DNA of 64,000 nt from Eledone cirrhosa (Eukaryota), in assembly GCA_964016885.1 (NCBI GenBank), contig OZ024751.1, positions 53,692,001 to 53,756,000 of the forward strand. Reading direction: 5' to 3'. The stretch's first letter is position 1, and every line of letters begins with the position of its first letter. Under the pieces are notes generated by a model. It had not been told where the DNA came from. It was given only the letters and a program-made list of their open reading frames with translations, and made no database searches. The position numbers were made by a program, and so were the translations under genes. Shown one piece after another: positions 16,745 through 29,015 of the stretch.

Positions 16745-17257
16745 TGGGGTCCTGTACTAGTTAAGTTGTGAGACCCTGTGCTAGTTAAGTTATGAGGCCC
16801 TGTGCTAGTTAAGTTATGAGGCCCTGCGCTAGTTAAGTTATGAGGCCCTGTGGTAGTTAAGTTATGAGGCCCTGTCCTAGTTAAGTTATGAGGCCCTGTC
16901 CTAGTTAAGTTATGAGGCCCTGTGCTAGTTAAGTTATGAGGCCCTGCGCTAGTTAAGTTATGAGGCCCTGTGCTAGTTAAGTTATGAGGCCCTGTGCTAG
17001 TTAAGTTATGAGGCCATGTGCTAGTTAAGTTATGAGGCCATGTGCTAGTTAAGTTATGAGGCCATGTGCTAGTTAAGTTATGAGGCCCTGTGGTAGTTAA
17101 GTTATGAGGCCCTGTGCTAGTTAAGTTATGAGGCCCTGTGGTAGTTAAGTTATGAGGCCCTGTGGTAGTTAAGTGATGAGGCCCTGTGGTAGTTAAGTTA
17201 TGAGGCCCTGTGGTAGTTAAGTTATGAGGCCCTGTGGTAGTTAAGTGATGAGGTCCC
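16745..17257. repeat. 24-bp minisatellite, ~21 copies
   Basis: Unit GAGGCCCTGTG(C/G)TAGTTAAGTTAT. Confidence 0.95.
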
Positions 17258-17382
17258 TTTGAATGTTTGACATTTGAAAAACATTTGAAAAATTCATCGT
17301 AAGCACACAATGGTAAATCCAGCGCTGTCCATGCTCCATCTTAACATCCAATGTGATAATACATTAACATTACTCTTAAATA

Positions 17383-17530
17383 TTGGCTTCTAATTTTGGC
17401 ACAAGACCCATAATTTGGAGGTAATGGGTCAGGTCAATTAAATCTACCCCAGTATATGACAGGTACTATATTTTAATAACCTAGAAAGGTGAAAGGTAAA
17501 GTTAATCTTTGATAGGATTAGAACTCAGAA
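17383..17530 (-). mobile_element. Old SINE family 2 copy
   Basis: Degenerate TTTTGGCACAAGACC...GAAAGGTAAAGTTAATC...GAACTCAGAA. Confidence 0.6.
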
Positions 17531-17578
17531 AGTCATCATTGCCATCATCAACATTTAATGTTTATTTTCCATGTTTAC

Positions 17579-18940
17579 CTAGGTTAGACGGGCTGCCACG
17601 TGATAACGTCAGACTGATCAGGTGACTAGGTTAGACGGGCTGCCACGTGATGACGTCAGACTGATCAGGTGACTAGGTTAGACGGGCTGCCACGTGATGA
17701 CGTCAGACTGATCAGGTGACTAGGTTAGACGGGCTGCCACGTGATGACGTCAGGCTGATCAGGTGACTAGGTTAGACGGGCTGCCACGTGATGACGTCAG
17801 GCTGATCAGGTGACTAGGTTAGACGGGCTGCCACGTGATGACGCCAGACTGATCAGGTGACTAGGTTAGACGGGCTGCCACGTGATGACGTCAGACTGAT
17901 CAGGTGACTAGGTTAGACGGCTTGCCACGTGATGACGTCAGACTGATCAGGTGACTAGGTTAGACGGCTTGCCACGTGATGACGTCAGACTGATCAGGTG
18001 ACTAGGTTAGACGGGTTGCCACGTGATGACGTCAGACTGATCAGGGACTAGGTTAGACGGGCTGCCACGTTATGACGTCAGACTGATCAGGTGACTAGGT
18101 TAGACGGGCTGCCACGTTATGACGTCAGACTGATCAGGTGACTAGGTTAGACGGGCTGCCACGTTATGACGTCAGACTGATCAGGTGACTAGGTTAGACG
18201 GGCTGCCACGTTATGACGTCAGACTGATCAGGTGACTAGGTTAGACGGGCTGCCACGTGATGACGTCAGACTGATCAGGTGACTAGGTTAGACGGCTTGC
18301 CACGTGATGACGTCAGACTGATCAGGTGACTAGGTTAGACGGGCTGCCACGTGATGACGTCAGACTGATCAGGTGACTAGGTTAGACGGCTTGCCACGTG
18401 ATGACGTCAGACTGATCAGGGATTAGGTTAGACGGGCTGCCACGTTATGACGTCAGACTGATCAGGTGACTAGGTTAGACGGGCTGCCACGTGATGACGT
18501 CAGACTGATCAGGTGACTAGGTTAGACGGCTTGCCACGTGATGACGTCAGACTGATCAGGTGACTAGGTTAGACGGCTTGCCACGTGATGACGTCAGACT
18601 GATCAGGTGACTAGGTTAGACGGGCTGCCACGTGATGACGTCAGACTGATCAGGTGACTAGGTTAGACGGCTTGCCACGTGATGACGTCAGACTGATCAG
18701 GTGATTAGGTTAGACGGGCTGCCACGTTATGACGTCAGACTGATCAGGTGACTAGGTTAGACGGGCTGCCACGTTATGACGTCAGACTGATCAGGTGACT
18801 AGGTTAGACGGGCTGCCACGTTATGACGTCAGACTGATCAGGTGACTAGGTTAGACGGGCTGCCACGTTATGACGTCAGACTGATCAGGTGACTAGGTTA
18901 GACGGGTTGCCACGTTATGACGTCAGACTGATCAGGTGAC
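17579..18940. repeat. 47-bp minisatellite, ~29 copies
   Basis: Unit CTAGGTTAGACGGGCTGCCACGTGATGACGTCAGACTGATCAGGTGA, highly homogeneous. Confidence 0.97.
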
Positions 18941-19009
18941 CATGTCTTGCTCATATAATCTGGTTTTATTTTACTGCTTTTCGACAATTGGATGACCATC
19001 CTAATGCCA

Positions 19010-19640
19010 ATCACATTACAGAGTAGACAAAGTGCTTTTTATCTTGTCAGCAGCACGACCACCTTACAAGGTGGACTGAGTGCTTTTTTTCTTGTCACCA
19101 GCACGACCACCTTACAAGGTGGACTGAGTGCTTTTTTTCTTGTCACCAGCACGACCACCTTACAAGGTGGACTGAGTGCTTTTTATCTTGTCACCAGCAC
19201 GACCACCTTACAAGGTGGACTGAGTGCTTTTTATATTGTCACCAGCACGACCACTTTACAGAGTGGGCTAGGTGCTTTTTATCACAACCACATTACAAGG
19301 TGGACTAGGTGCTTTTTATCATGTCACCAGTCCAACCGTTACTAAGTTAACAAGGTGCTTTTTACCATGTCACCAGCACGACCACGTTACTAAGTTGACA
19401 AGGTGCTTTTTACCATGTCACCAGCACGACCACTTTACAAAGTGAACTGAGTGCTTTTTATCACATCGCCAGCACAACCAACTTACAAGGTGGACTGAGT
19501 GCTTTTTGTCATGTCACAAGCACGACAACATTACGGGGTGAACTGGGTGCTTATTGCCATATCACCAGCACTAACACATTACTGGGTAGTCTGGGTGCTA
19601 TTTTTTTTTTTGTCATGGCCCCTGCACGACCCCCTTACAG
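19010..19640. repeat. ~48-bp minisatellite derived from a SINE internal unit
   Basis: Unit GTGCTTTTTATCTTGTCACCAGCACGACCACCTTACAAGGTGGACTGA resembles GGGTGCTTTTTTGCGTGGCACCTCCACGACCACTTTGCAGTGG of SINE family 1 (288-330). Confidence 0.8.
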
Positions 19641-19749
19641 GATGAAATTGAATATTGTTTGATTCTCTAATGATTTTGCTAATCCAAAATATGATAGCAT
19701 GGCAATTCTCTAAGTATATATTTATTGCTGTAATTCACATTGTATATAT

Positions 19750-20260
19750 AATGTGTGTGCGTGTGTGTGTGTATGAGTGTGTGTGTGTATCTATGCATGC
19801 ATGTATGTATGTATATATGTGTGTATATATGTATGCGTATGTGTGCATGTATGTGTCTACGTGTATATGTATGTATGTGTGTATGTGTATGTATGTATGT
19901 CCTTGTGTATATATGTGTGCATGTATGTGTGTATGCATGTATGTATGGACATATATGTGTGTATCTATGCATGTATATATATATATATGTGTGTGTATGT
20001 ATATATGTGTGTATGTATATGTATGTATGTATATATGTATGTGTGTTTGTATGTATGTGTTCATGTCTATGTATGTATGTATCCTGCCTTCTACATGTGT
20101 ATGTATGTATGTGTCTGTATATAGGTATGTGTGTGCATGTATGTGTATGTGCGTGTATGTGTGTATGTATGTGTATGTATGTATGTGTATGTATGTGTAT
20201 GTATGTATGTGTATGTATGTATCCTGCCTTCTACATGTCTATGTATGTGTCTGTATATAT

Positions 20261-20292
<32 letters not shown>

Positions 20293-20700
20293 ATCCTGCC
20301 TTCTACATGTCAATGTATGTATGTGTCTGTATATATATATGTGTATATGTGGGTGTGTGTGTGTATCCTGCCTTCTACATGTCTATGTATGTGTCTGTAT
20401 ATATATATGTGTATGTGTGTGTGTGTGTGTATCCTGCCTTCTACATGTCTATGTATGTGTCTGTATATATATATGTGTATGTGTGTGTATGTGTGTGTGT
20501 GTATCCTGCCTTCTACATGTCTATGTATGTATGTGTCTGTATATATATATATATATATGTGTATGTGTATGTGTGTGTGTGTGTGTATCCTGCCTTCTAC
20601 ATGTCTATGTATGTATGTGTCTGTATATATATATATATATGTGTATGTGTATGTGTGTGTGTGTGTGTATCCTGCCTTCTACATGTCTATGTATGTATGT
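19750..20700. repeat. TG/TA-rich compound microsatellite with 8 recurring TATCCTGCCTTCTACATGT anchors
   Basis: Anchors near 20080, 20220, 20292, 20364, 20430, 20502, 20586 and 20668. Confidence 0.9.
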
Positions 20701-20837
20701 GGTGTTATGGTATTACGTAGCAGTGTAGTTGTGTGCTTCTGTTGATAGGTAAGTATAGTACTGTGCTGTTGTGTTGCTATGGTGTTGTGTCGGTATGTAG
20801 TATTGTTGTGAAGTCATCTTGCTATATTTTTAGTGTT

Positions 20838-20839
20838 GT

Positions 20840-20922
<83 letters not shown>

Positions 20923-20931
20923 TCGGTAATG

Positions 20932-20977
<46 letters not shown>

Positions 20978-21110
20978 CAGTAGTAGTAGTAGTAGTAGTG
21001 TCGGTAATAGTAGTAGTAGTAGTTGTGATGTTGGTAATGTTAGTAGTATTAATGTTAATATTATCAGTGGTGATGGTGGTAGTGCTGGTTGTGGTGGTAC
21101 AGGAGAGAGA

Positions 21111-21169
<59 letters not shown>

Positions 21170-21760
21170 AGAGAGAGAGCAGGGGAAAGGAGGTGAGGAG
21201 ATAGTGATGTGAATATACAATTGTCCTGCAGGTGTGTTGATAGTGGTGGTGGTGGAGGTGGTGGAGGTGGTGGTGATAGTGTTGATAGTGGTGGTGGTGG
21301 TGGAGGTGGTGGTGGTGGTGGAGGTAGTGGTGGAGATGGTGGTAGTGGTAGTGATAGTGGTGATGGTGGTGGTGATAGTGGTGGCGGTGGTGGAGGTAGT
21401 GGTAGTGGTGTGGGGGTGATAGTGGTGGGGAGGGGGTAATAGTGGTGATAGTGGTGGTGGAGGTAGTGGTGGAGATGGTGGTGGTGGTAGTGATAGTGGT
21501 GTGGGGGGTGATAGTGGTGGTGATGGTGGTAGTGGTGGTGGTCATAGTGTTGATAGTGGTGGAGGTGGTGGTGGAGATGGTGGTGGTGGTAGTGATAGTG
21601 GTGTGGGGGGGGTGATGGTGGTGGTAATAGTGGTGGTGATGGTGATAGTGGTGTGGGGGGGTGATGGTGGTGGTAATAGTGGTGGTGATGGTGATAGTGG
21701 TGATGATAATCATGGTGATGGTGGCAGTGGTGGTGACAGTGGTGGTGACGGTGGTGGTGG
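20838..21760. repeat. (TAG)n, (GA)n and (GGT)n-type simple repeats
   Basis: Direct reading of the sequence. Confidence 0.95.
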
Positions 21761-22094
21761 TTGATTTCAGAGCAATGATATCATCATCATCATTATTAAA
21801 GATAAAGCAGTTGCTCTGTGTGTGTGTGTGTGTGTGTGTGTTTGTGTGTGCAAAAATGAATGAGTCTGTATTAGTGCCTATGTGTAGGTATGCATAAGTG
21901 TGGCGTGAGTGTTTGAGAGTGTGCACATGTACCCTAGTGTATATGTACCTATGTGTACGTATGGTGTGTTTATATATCCCAGGTCTACACATGAGAGAGA
22001 AGTGAGGTGGGGAGATATAATATGTATGTGTGTATGATGAGGTGTGTAGAATCAATGTAGAATGATTATGTGTATATACTTTATATATGATGTG

Positions 22095-22597
22095 GTTGAG
22101 AGGAAGAGCAAAGCCTGGGCGGCATGCCACTGTTTGAAGTTGTGTGGAAGTCAGACCTTCATAAAGACCTGAAGATCAGTCTCTTCATCGCTACAGTGGA
22201 GTCTGTGCTGCTGTACGGGTCTGAGACTTGGACACTGACTAAAAGACTCACTCAGATGGTAGATGGGTGCTCCACGAGAATGCTGAGGATGGCCCCAACA
22301 TTAATCGGTATACACTGAGGATGAAGAACTGAGAACTATATGGGAGCCTCCCAAAAGTCAGCTTGCAAGTAAGACAGAGGAGACTGAGGTTAGCTGGACA
22401 TGCTCACCGACATTCAGAGTTGACACTGCACACAGTGGTCCTGTGGGAGCTCCAATAAGGACACACTAGAAGAGGGAGACTGAGGTTGACATATATTGAT
22501 GCCTGAAGCACAGACACTGGTCTCTGGGAGACATAGGACTTGGCGGCGATGATGAAGGACAGACGCCGCTGGAGAGAACTCGTCCATGGATCTCAGG
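22095..22597 (+). mobile_element. RTE-clade LINE 3' fragment (decayed)
   Basis: LKISLFIATVESVLLYGSETWTLT...RMLRMA, followed out of frame by RQRRLRLAGH, RRGR and DRRRWR. Contains stops and frameshifts. Confidence 0.85.
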
Positions 22598-22810
22598 ATA
22601 TATATATATATGTATATATATGTATATGATGCCCATTGTTTATATATATATGTATATGATGCCCATTGTTTATATATATATGTATATATATATATATATG
22701 ATGCCCATTGTTTTACATTCTAGGAGGCTTATATTTCCAGTTAGACTATTTTCTGTCATCAAAAGTATGGTGGGGATAATCAGCAAATAAAACGTGTCCA
22801 CAGCAATGCA

Positions 22811-22882
<72 letters not shown>

Positions 22883-23129
22883 GAAACACACAGATACATG
22901 CGGACACACACATATATACATGAATGCATCCGCACCCAACTGTGAGTTAAGGGTGCCAACTTCACCTCGATATGAATACCCCCTCCGCCTCCGTGGTATT
23001 TTCTTCGTGGTTATAAGAGGCTTAGCTCTGTTTCTCGACCGTTATATCGCGTGACTATCTCCCCCTCCGCCTTTTGGGATTCTTTCTCACGTTGTGCAGA
23101 CGCGTTCTTGAGACTAGTAAAATGAGGTA

Positions 23130-23217
23130 TCCTCTTGATAAGTTGGCAGACCTCGCAGGGACTCTATATCTTTGATATATTGTTTTTGTTTATGCCACGA
23201 AACTACGTAGTCGAGGA
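23130..23217 (+). ncRNA. Type I hammerhead ribozyme motif, U3-A8 core variant
   Basis: tcctc-TTGATAA-gttggca...tgccac-GAAA-ctacgtag-TC-gagga. Stem I is a perfect 5-bp match, stem II pairs and stem III is an 8-nt palindrome. Confidence 0.8.
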
Positions 23218-23301
23218 ATTTAGGAGCAGTTTAGGTATGATACATTTTATTACTAATTATATCTAAATGTTTCTTCTCTCTATATATATATATATATATA
23301 T

Positions 23302-23339
<38 letters not shown>

Positions 23340-23493
23340 TCAGGTTATCAATAATGTAGTGATAATATATCGTTACGTTAGAGATGTACAGCGTACGTGC
23401 AGGTTAGCTCAACGAGTATAAATTATATTCCGGAGAAAATGTAGAAAGGATGAATATAAAATGAAAGTGCTTTTTTTAAAAAGGAATTTATTA

Positions 23494-23613
23494 GGTATTG
23501 ACATATGTTTCTGTAACAGACGGAATACCTATGTATCGCTGCTTGCGTAATCATATAATGTTTGCAAGTATTCGATAGCAAATGTATAATCAGTTGTCAC
23601 TTCTTCAGAGATT
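23494..23613 (-). ncRNA. Hammerhead ribozyme-like motif with long stem II insert (stem I weak)
   Basis: Minus strand: CTGAAGA-agtgaca...tgttaca-GAAA-catatg-TC-aatacct-AATAAA. The 3' side resembles the HHR at 57.3 kb. Confidence 0.55.
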
Positions 23614-23849
23614 TTGGATAAATTGGATAAAATCAGAAAAAATGAAGTATTTATATTAGTAATAGAGGAAGAAAAAGAGGGGATAGTATATGACAGATGG
23701 TAAATTAATTTACTGCTAAACAAGTATATAATGGGTTTCTAATGAGAATACCATGAGTAAATGTAAATAAGGATTTTGGGAGTGCCAATTTTAATCTCTT
23801 TATAATTAATACTACTGCACCAAATGACCAGCCCTGTCCACTGTCCAAT

Positions 23850-24200
23850 TGGTCAAGTAGAGATTGCAATTGAAAGGTTGTGAGTTAAATTCTCAGACCG
23901 GGTGATGTGTTGTTTCCTTGAGCAAGACACTTTATTTCACATTGCTCCAGTTTACTCAGCTGTAGACATGAGATGATAGGGACTGGAGTCCCAGTCCCTA
24001 TCATTCCACTGGTCGTGGAGGTGCCACGGCAAAAAAGCACCCAGCCTACACTGTAAAGTGGTCGTGTAGGTGCCACGGCCAAAAAGCACCCAGCACTCAC
24101 TGTAAATGAGGTTGGTGTTAGGAAGGGCATCCAGCTGTAGAAATCAAGTCAGAATCAGTTCCCGTCCCACCCTTGCAAACAGGGAAAAGTGGACGTAAAA
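23850..24200 (+). mobile_element. SINE family 1 copy with duplicated internal unit
   Basis: Matches the reverse complement of 163-491. The GGTCGTG..GGTGCCACGG..AAAAAGCACCCAGC unit occurs twice. Confidence 0.85.
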
Positions 24201-24204
24201 TGAA

Positions 24205-24376
24205 AAAAAAACCGTTTACACATTGAAAGTTGGGGATAATCAGCAAATAAAACGTGTCCACAGCAATGCATTATATTATATATATATACTGTATATATAT
24301 ATAAAATATAATGCCTTGCTGTGGACACGTTTTATTTGCTGATTATTCCCAACTTTCAATGTGTAAACGGTTTTTC
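24205..24376. repeat. Inverted duplication centred on a TA tract
   Basis: 24207-24280 is the reverse complement of 24301-24376. Part of the arm also occurs at 22772-22822. Confidence 0.85.
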
Positions 24377-24391
24377 TTGCAGTCTGTTTGA

Positions 24392-25932
24392 AAACAAAAG
24401 ATACATGCTATAACAAAAGATACATGCTAAAACAAAAGATACATGCTATAACAAAAGATACATGCTAAAACAAAAGATACATGCTAAAACAAAAGATACA
24501 TGCTAAAACAAAAGATACATGTTATAACAAAAGATACATGCTATAACAAAAGATACATGCTATAACAAAAGATACATGTTATAACAAAAGATACATGCTA
24601 TAACAAAAGATACATGTTATAACAAAAGATACATGCTATAACAAAAGATACATGTTATAACAAAAGATACATGCTATAACAAAAGATACATGCTAAAACA
24701 AAAGATACATGCTAAAACAAAAGATACATGCTATAACAAAAGATACATGCTAAAACAAAAGATACATGCTAAAACAAAAGATACATGCTATAACAAAAGA
24801 TACATGCTAAAACAAAAGATACATGCTAAAACAAAAGATACATGTTATAACAAAAGATACATGCTATAACAAAAGATACATGCTATAACAAAAGATACAT
24901 GTTATAACAAAAGATACATGCTATAACAAAAGATACATGTTATAACAAAAGATACATGCTATAACAAAAGATACATGCTATAACAAAAGATACATGCTAA
25001 AACAAAAGATACATGCTAAAACAAAAGATACATGTTATAACAAAAGATACATGCTATAACAAAAGATACATGCTATAACAAAAGATACATGTTATAACAA
25101 AAGATACATGCTATAACAAAAGATACATGTTATAACAAAAGATACATGCTATAACAAAAGATACATGTTATAACAAAAGATATATGCTATAACAAAAGAT
25201 ACATGCTATAACAAAAGATACATGCTAAAACAAAAGATACATGCTATAACAAAAGATACATGCTAAAACAAAAGATACATGCTATAACAAAAGATACATG
25301 CTAAAACAAAAGATACATGCTAAAACAAAAGATACATGCTATAACAAAAGATACATGCTAAAACAAAAGATACATGCTAAAACAAAAGATACATGTTATA
25401 ACAAAAGATACATGCTATAACAAAAGATACATGCTATAACAAAAGATACATGTTATAACAAAAGATACATGCTATAACAAAAGATACATGCTATAACAAA
25501 AGATACATGTTATAACAAAAGATACATGCTATAACAAAAGATACATGCTATAACAAAAGATACATGCTATAACAAAAGATACATGCTATAACAAAAGATA
25601 CATGTTATAACAAAAGATACATGCTATAACAAAAGATACATGCTATAACAAAAGATACATGCTAAAACAAAAGATACATGCTAAAACAAAAGATACATGT
25701 TATAACAAAAGATACATGCTATAACAAAAGATACATGCTATAACAAAAGATACATGCTATAACAAAAGATACATGCCATAACAAAAGATACATGCTATAA
25801 CAAAAGATACATGCTATAACAAAAGATACATGTTATAACAAAAGATACATGTTATAACAAAAGATACATGCTATAACAAAAGATACATGCTATAACAAAA
25901 GATACATGCTATAACAAAAGATACATGCTATA
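24392..25932. repeat. 19-bp minisatellite, ~81 copies
   Basis: Unit AACAAAAGATACATG(C/T)TA(T/A). Confidence 0.97.
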
Positions 25933-26542
25933 TTTGTATCATTACTAACATTGATAAATATATTATGCCTACACACATCATAAAAATGTCATGTATGTAT
26001 AAAAATTGTTAACACTTTCCTCTGTTTAGTATTCTTGGTGTTGAAGTGTTTACTATGTTGATACACATTTAAACATGTGTGATTATCTGGCAATCAACAA
26101 ACAAATACTTTAAGTCTGAATGCTTTAAATGTAATGAGGACATTTTAAATTTAACACCGTTGATTCTTCTTAACAAATTAGTAACATTATTGTTTATCAA
26201 TAATTGATAATGGTGAGATGTCTGTGAGAGAATGACAGAGTTTATAACAAGCTGTAACACTTGTAGAATTAAACTAACTTTTTCCTCCTTTTTTTTTTTA
26301 GAGTCCTCCCAACCCTGTTTTTGGCAGGAGTTTTACAGCTGGATGCCCTTCCTCCTTCCTATCACCAACCATTTTACAGAGTGTACTGGGTGTATTTATC
26401 ATGTAAATCACCAACACTAGGTTGATTTAGTATAAAAACAAACAAAAAGAAAACAGGCAATTCAACTGAAATAGCAGGGAAGATGTTCAAACAATTTGTG
26501 GAATTACAATATTGAGCAAGAACAATGGAAGATGTGAGATCA

Positions 26543-26937
26543 GATAATTGTTTCTATCTTTGGCACAAAGCCAGCAATTACCCAGTGCATTACTGGTACT
26601 TTATTTTATCAACCCTGTAAGGATGAAAGGCAAAGTTAACCTCGGCAGGATTTGAACTCAGAATGTAAAGGGCCGTAACTATATGCTGCAAAGCATGTCT
26701 GACACTCTACCTATACTGCCAATCCACCACCCTAATAATAATAATAATTGTTTCTACTTTCGGCACAAGGCCAGCAATTATCCCAGTGTATTACTGGTAC
26801 TTTATGTTATCGACGCCGTAAGGATGAAAGGCAAAGTTAACCTCGGCGGGATTTGAACTCAGACCATAAAGGGCCGTAACTCTTTGTTGCAAAGCATGGC
26901 GTCCGACCCTCTACCGATACTGCCAATCCACCGCCCT
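26543..26937 (-). mobile_element. Two head-to-tail SINE family 2 copies
   Basis: Two full family-2 units separated by (TAA)n. Confidence 0.88.
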
Positions 26938-27362
26938 ATAATAATAATATCAGTATTGTTATTTATAAATTATCATTCATGAAAAAATAATTTACTATTG
27001 AAAAACTCCATACTGCATTTGACTTTTTGTCAATATCTTTAATAATATACGTGGATCGGTTTGTGGTGTCCAGTAAGCAAAGTGTGGTGACTCTGAGACT
27101 ATTTAATAACTGATGTTGGTAGGTCTTTTAATGTCAGAACATTGACAGATTGTTATCCCACTAAACTGTTGATGACAGATAATATAACATAGCATAATAT
27201 AGCATAATATAATGGCCGTTTTCAGATTAGAAGCAATGAATAAGTAAAGAGAAAGAGAGTGAGTGAGTTAAAGTGAGGAAAGAGAGGAATGTGTGTGTGT
27301 GTGTTGCTGATTTTATTGCTTTTTAATATCTGCCTTTATATGAATCTTCATATGTACAAGGA

Positions 27363-27580
27363 TACGGAGGTTGGGGGGGGGGGGTCGGCTGAAAAGTTCA
27401 TAGGCTGACTATGAAGGAGGGATGCTAGAGTTGTGAAATCTTACAGGCATTAATTTCAATTTTTTTTTATTAATAACTCTATTGTTTCTTTCCATGGACT
27501 ATGTTGAAAAAATAAACCTCATTTGATCATTCCATGAGAGTATCTTGGTTAGCCTATGAACTTTTCAACCTACCATTGTA
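27363..27580. mobile_element. Mariner/Tc1-type MITE
   Basis: Imperfect TIRs GGTCGGCTGAAAAGTTCATAGGCTGAC (about 27383) and GTTAGCCTATGAACTTTTCAACCTACC (about 27548). No ORF. Confidence 0.75.
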
Positions 27581-28001
27581 TTTATGCATATATGCATATA
27601 TGTATATTTGTTTACATGTGAGTGAGTGAGTGTGTGTGTGTGTAAAACATATGCACCAGTTTGAGTTTCACTTTATTTTTAATATTAGTTATGTAATTAA
27701 TCCATTCTGCAGTTAGTTTATAAACAAGATGGTTATCTAATTGTCATATTTTATTGTCAAAGCTCTTATGCAACACATTCAGCGACCTCCTCAATGACTA
27801 TCGCGCTGTTCTGTGTCCCCCTCTTTGTTTTCACAGAAAAACAAGATGAGTGAGTGAGTGTGTAGGTTGGTTGAGAGAGAAAGACAGAGAGAAAGAGAGA
27901 AAGAAAGAAAGGTAGGTATATATATATATATATATATATATACCTACCTCTCTTTTTTTTTTCTTAGAGAGAGAGATAAAGGTAGGTAGCTAGCTAGTTA
28001 G

Positions 28002-28058
<57 letters not shown>

Positions 28059-28099
28059 GATAGGTTGAGATAGAAAGGTAGATAGGATTATGGTTTTAA

Positions 28100-28426
28100 T
28101 TACAGGTAAAGGAAAGGAGGAGCTCTAAGGTGTTCTAATTGCAAAAGATGGAACAAGACAACAAATTACTGAAGTCATTTTAAAGGAAATTCAACAACTC
28201 CAAATTGAAGATAGAATAATTAGTATGTCCTTCAACACCGTCACCAGAAACACCGCACCAAGGAGCCAGTACAATAATTGAAGCAGCTCTCAAAAAATCC
28301 CTCTTGTGACTGGTTTGCTGCCATCACATTCTTGAACTTCTCTTGAAGAGTCTTCAAGATCTTTTTACCATCATCTGGTCCCAGTATACCAATGTTCAAA
28401 AAGTTCCAGGAATGTTGGAACTCCAT
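28100..28426 (+). pseudogene. Decayed DDE transposase fragment (hAT-like, CxxH motif)
   Basis: Translates, with stops and shifts, to TGKGKEEL*GV...GT...ISMSFNT..RNT..GASTIIE..LKKSLL*LVCCHHILELLL...SGPSIPMFKKFQECWNSI. This matches my recollection of an invertebrate transposase family with MCFDTTxSNTG and LACRHH motifs. Confidence 0.6.
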
Positions 28427-28695
28427 CGCATATATGTGCACATATGTGTGTATATATATATATGTAGGTAGGTATAAGTGCATGAGCATATCAATAAATG
28501 AATGGATGTATATGTATATGGATGTGTGTATATTTATGTGTGTGTGTGTGTGTGAATTGTGTGTGTATGTGTATGCATGTATATTCAATAAGTTTCAATG
28601 TTTCCTCTACTTGATTAAAAAAATCAGTTTCTTTTTTTATACAAATCCAATTAAGATTTTTCACATCATTAGTTAACTAATTATTACTCAAGGCT

Positions 28696-28731
28696 ATATA
28701 TATATATATACATATATATATATACACACAC

Positions 28732-28762
<31 letters not shown>

Positions 28763-28787
28763 CATATATATATATAGACACACACAC

Positions 28788-28826
<39 letters not shown>

Positions 28827-28961
28827 CATATATATATATACATATATACATATATATATACATATACATATATATATACACACATATATATATATACATA
28901 TATACATATATATATATATATACATATATATATACACACACATATATATATATACATATAT

Positions 28962-29012
<51 letters not shown>
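28696..29012. repeat. TA/CA compound microsatellite
   Basis: Direct reading of the sequence. Confidence 0.95.

Positions 29013-29015
<3 letters not shown>

Noticed and set aside
16735-17310. 191-aa GPHNLTST repeat protein
   Set aside because: It is the reading frame of a 24-bp minisatellite, with no gene context.
18992-19345. 117-aa repeat ORF
   Set aside because: It is a translation of the 48-bp SINE-derived array.
20079-20700. Repeat-spacer pattern resembling a CRISPR array
   Set aside because: The spacers are TG/TA microsatellite variants of each other, there are no cas genes and the context is eukaryotic.
20733-22130. Poly-S/T/H/G/V ORFs (mucin-like or His-rich)
   Set aside because: These are trinucleotide simple repeats open in several frames on both strands.
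22725-22770. Minus-strand TTGATGA-cag...ctg-GAAA motif, and GAAA-ccatgg at 804
   Set aside because: The 3/8 pair is mismatched or the core is missing, and there is no convincing stem I. Too weak to call.
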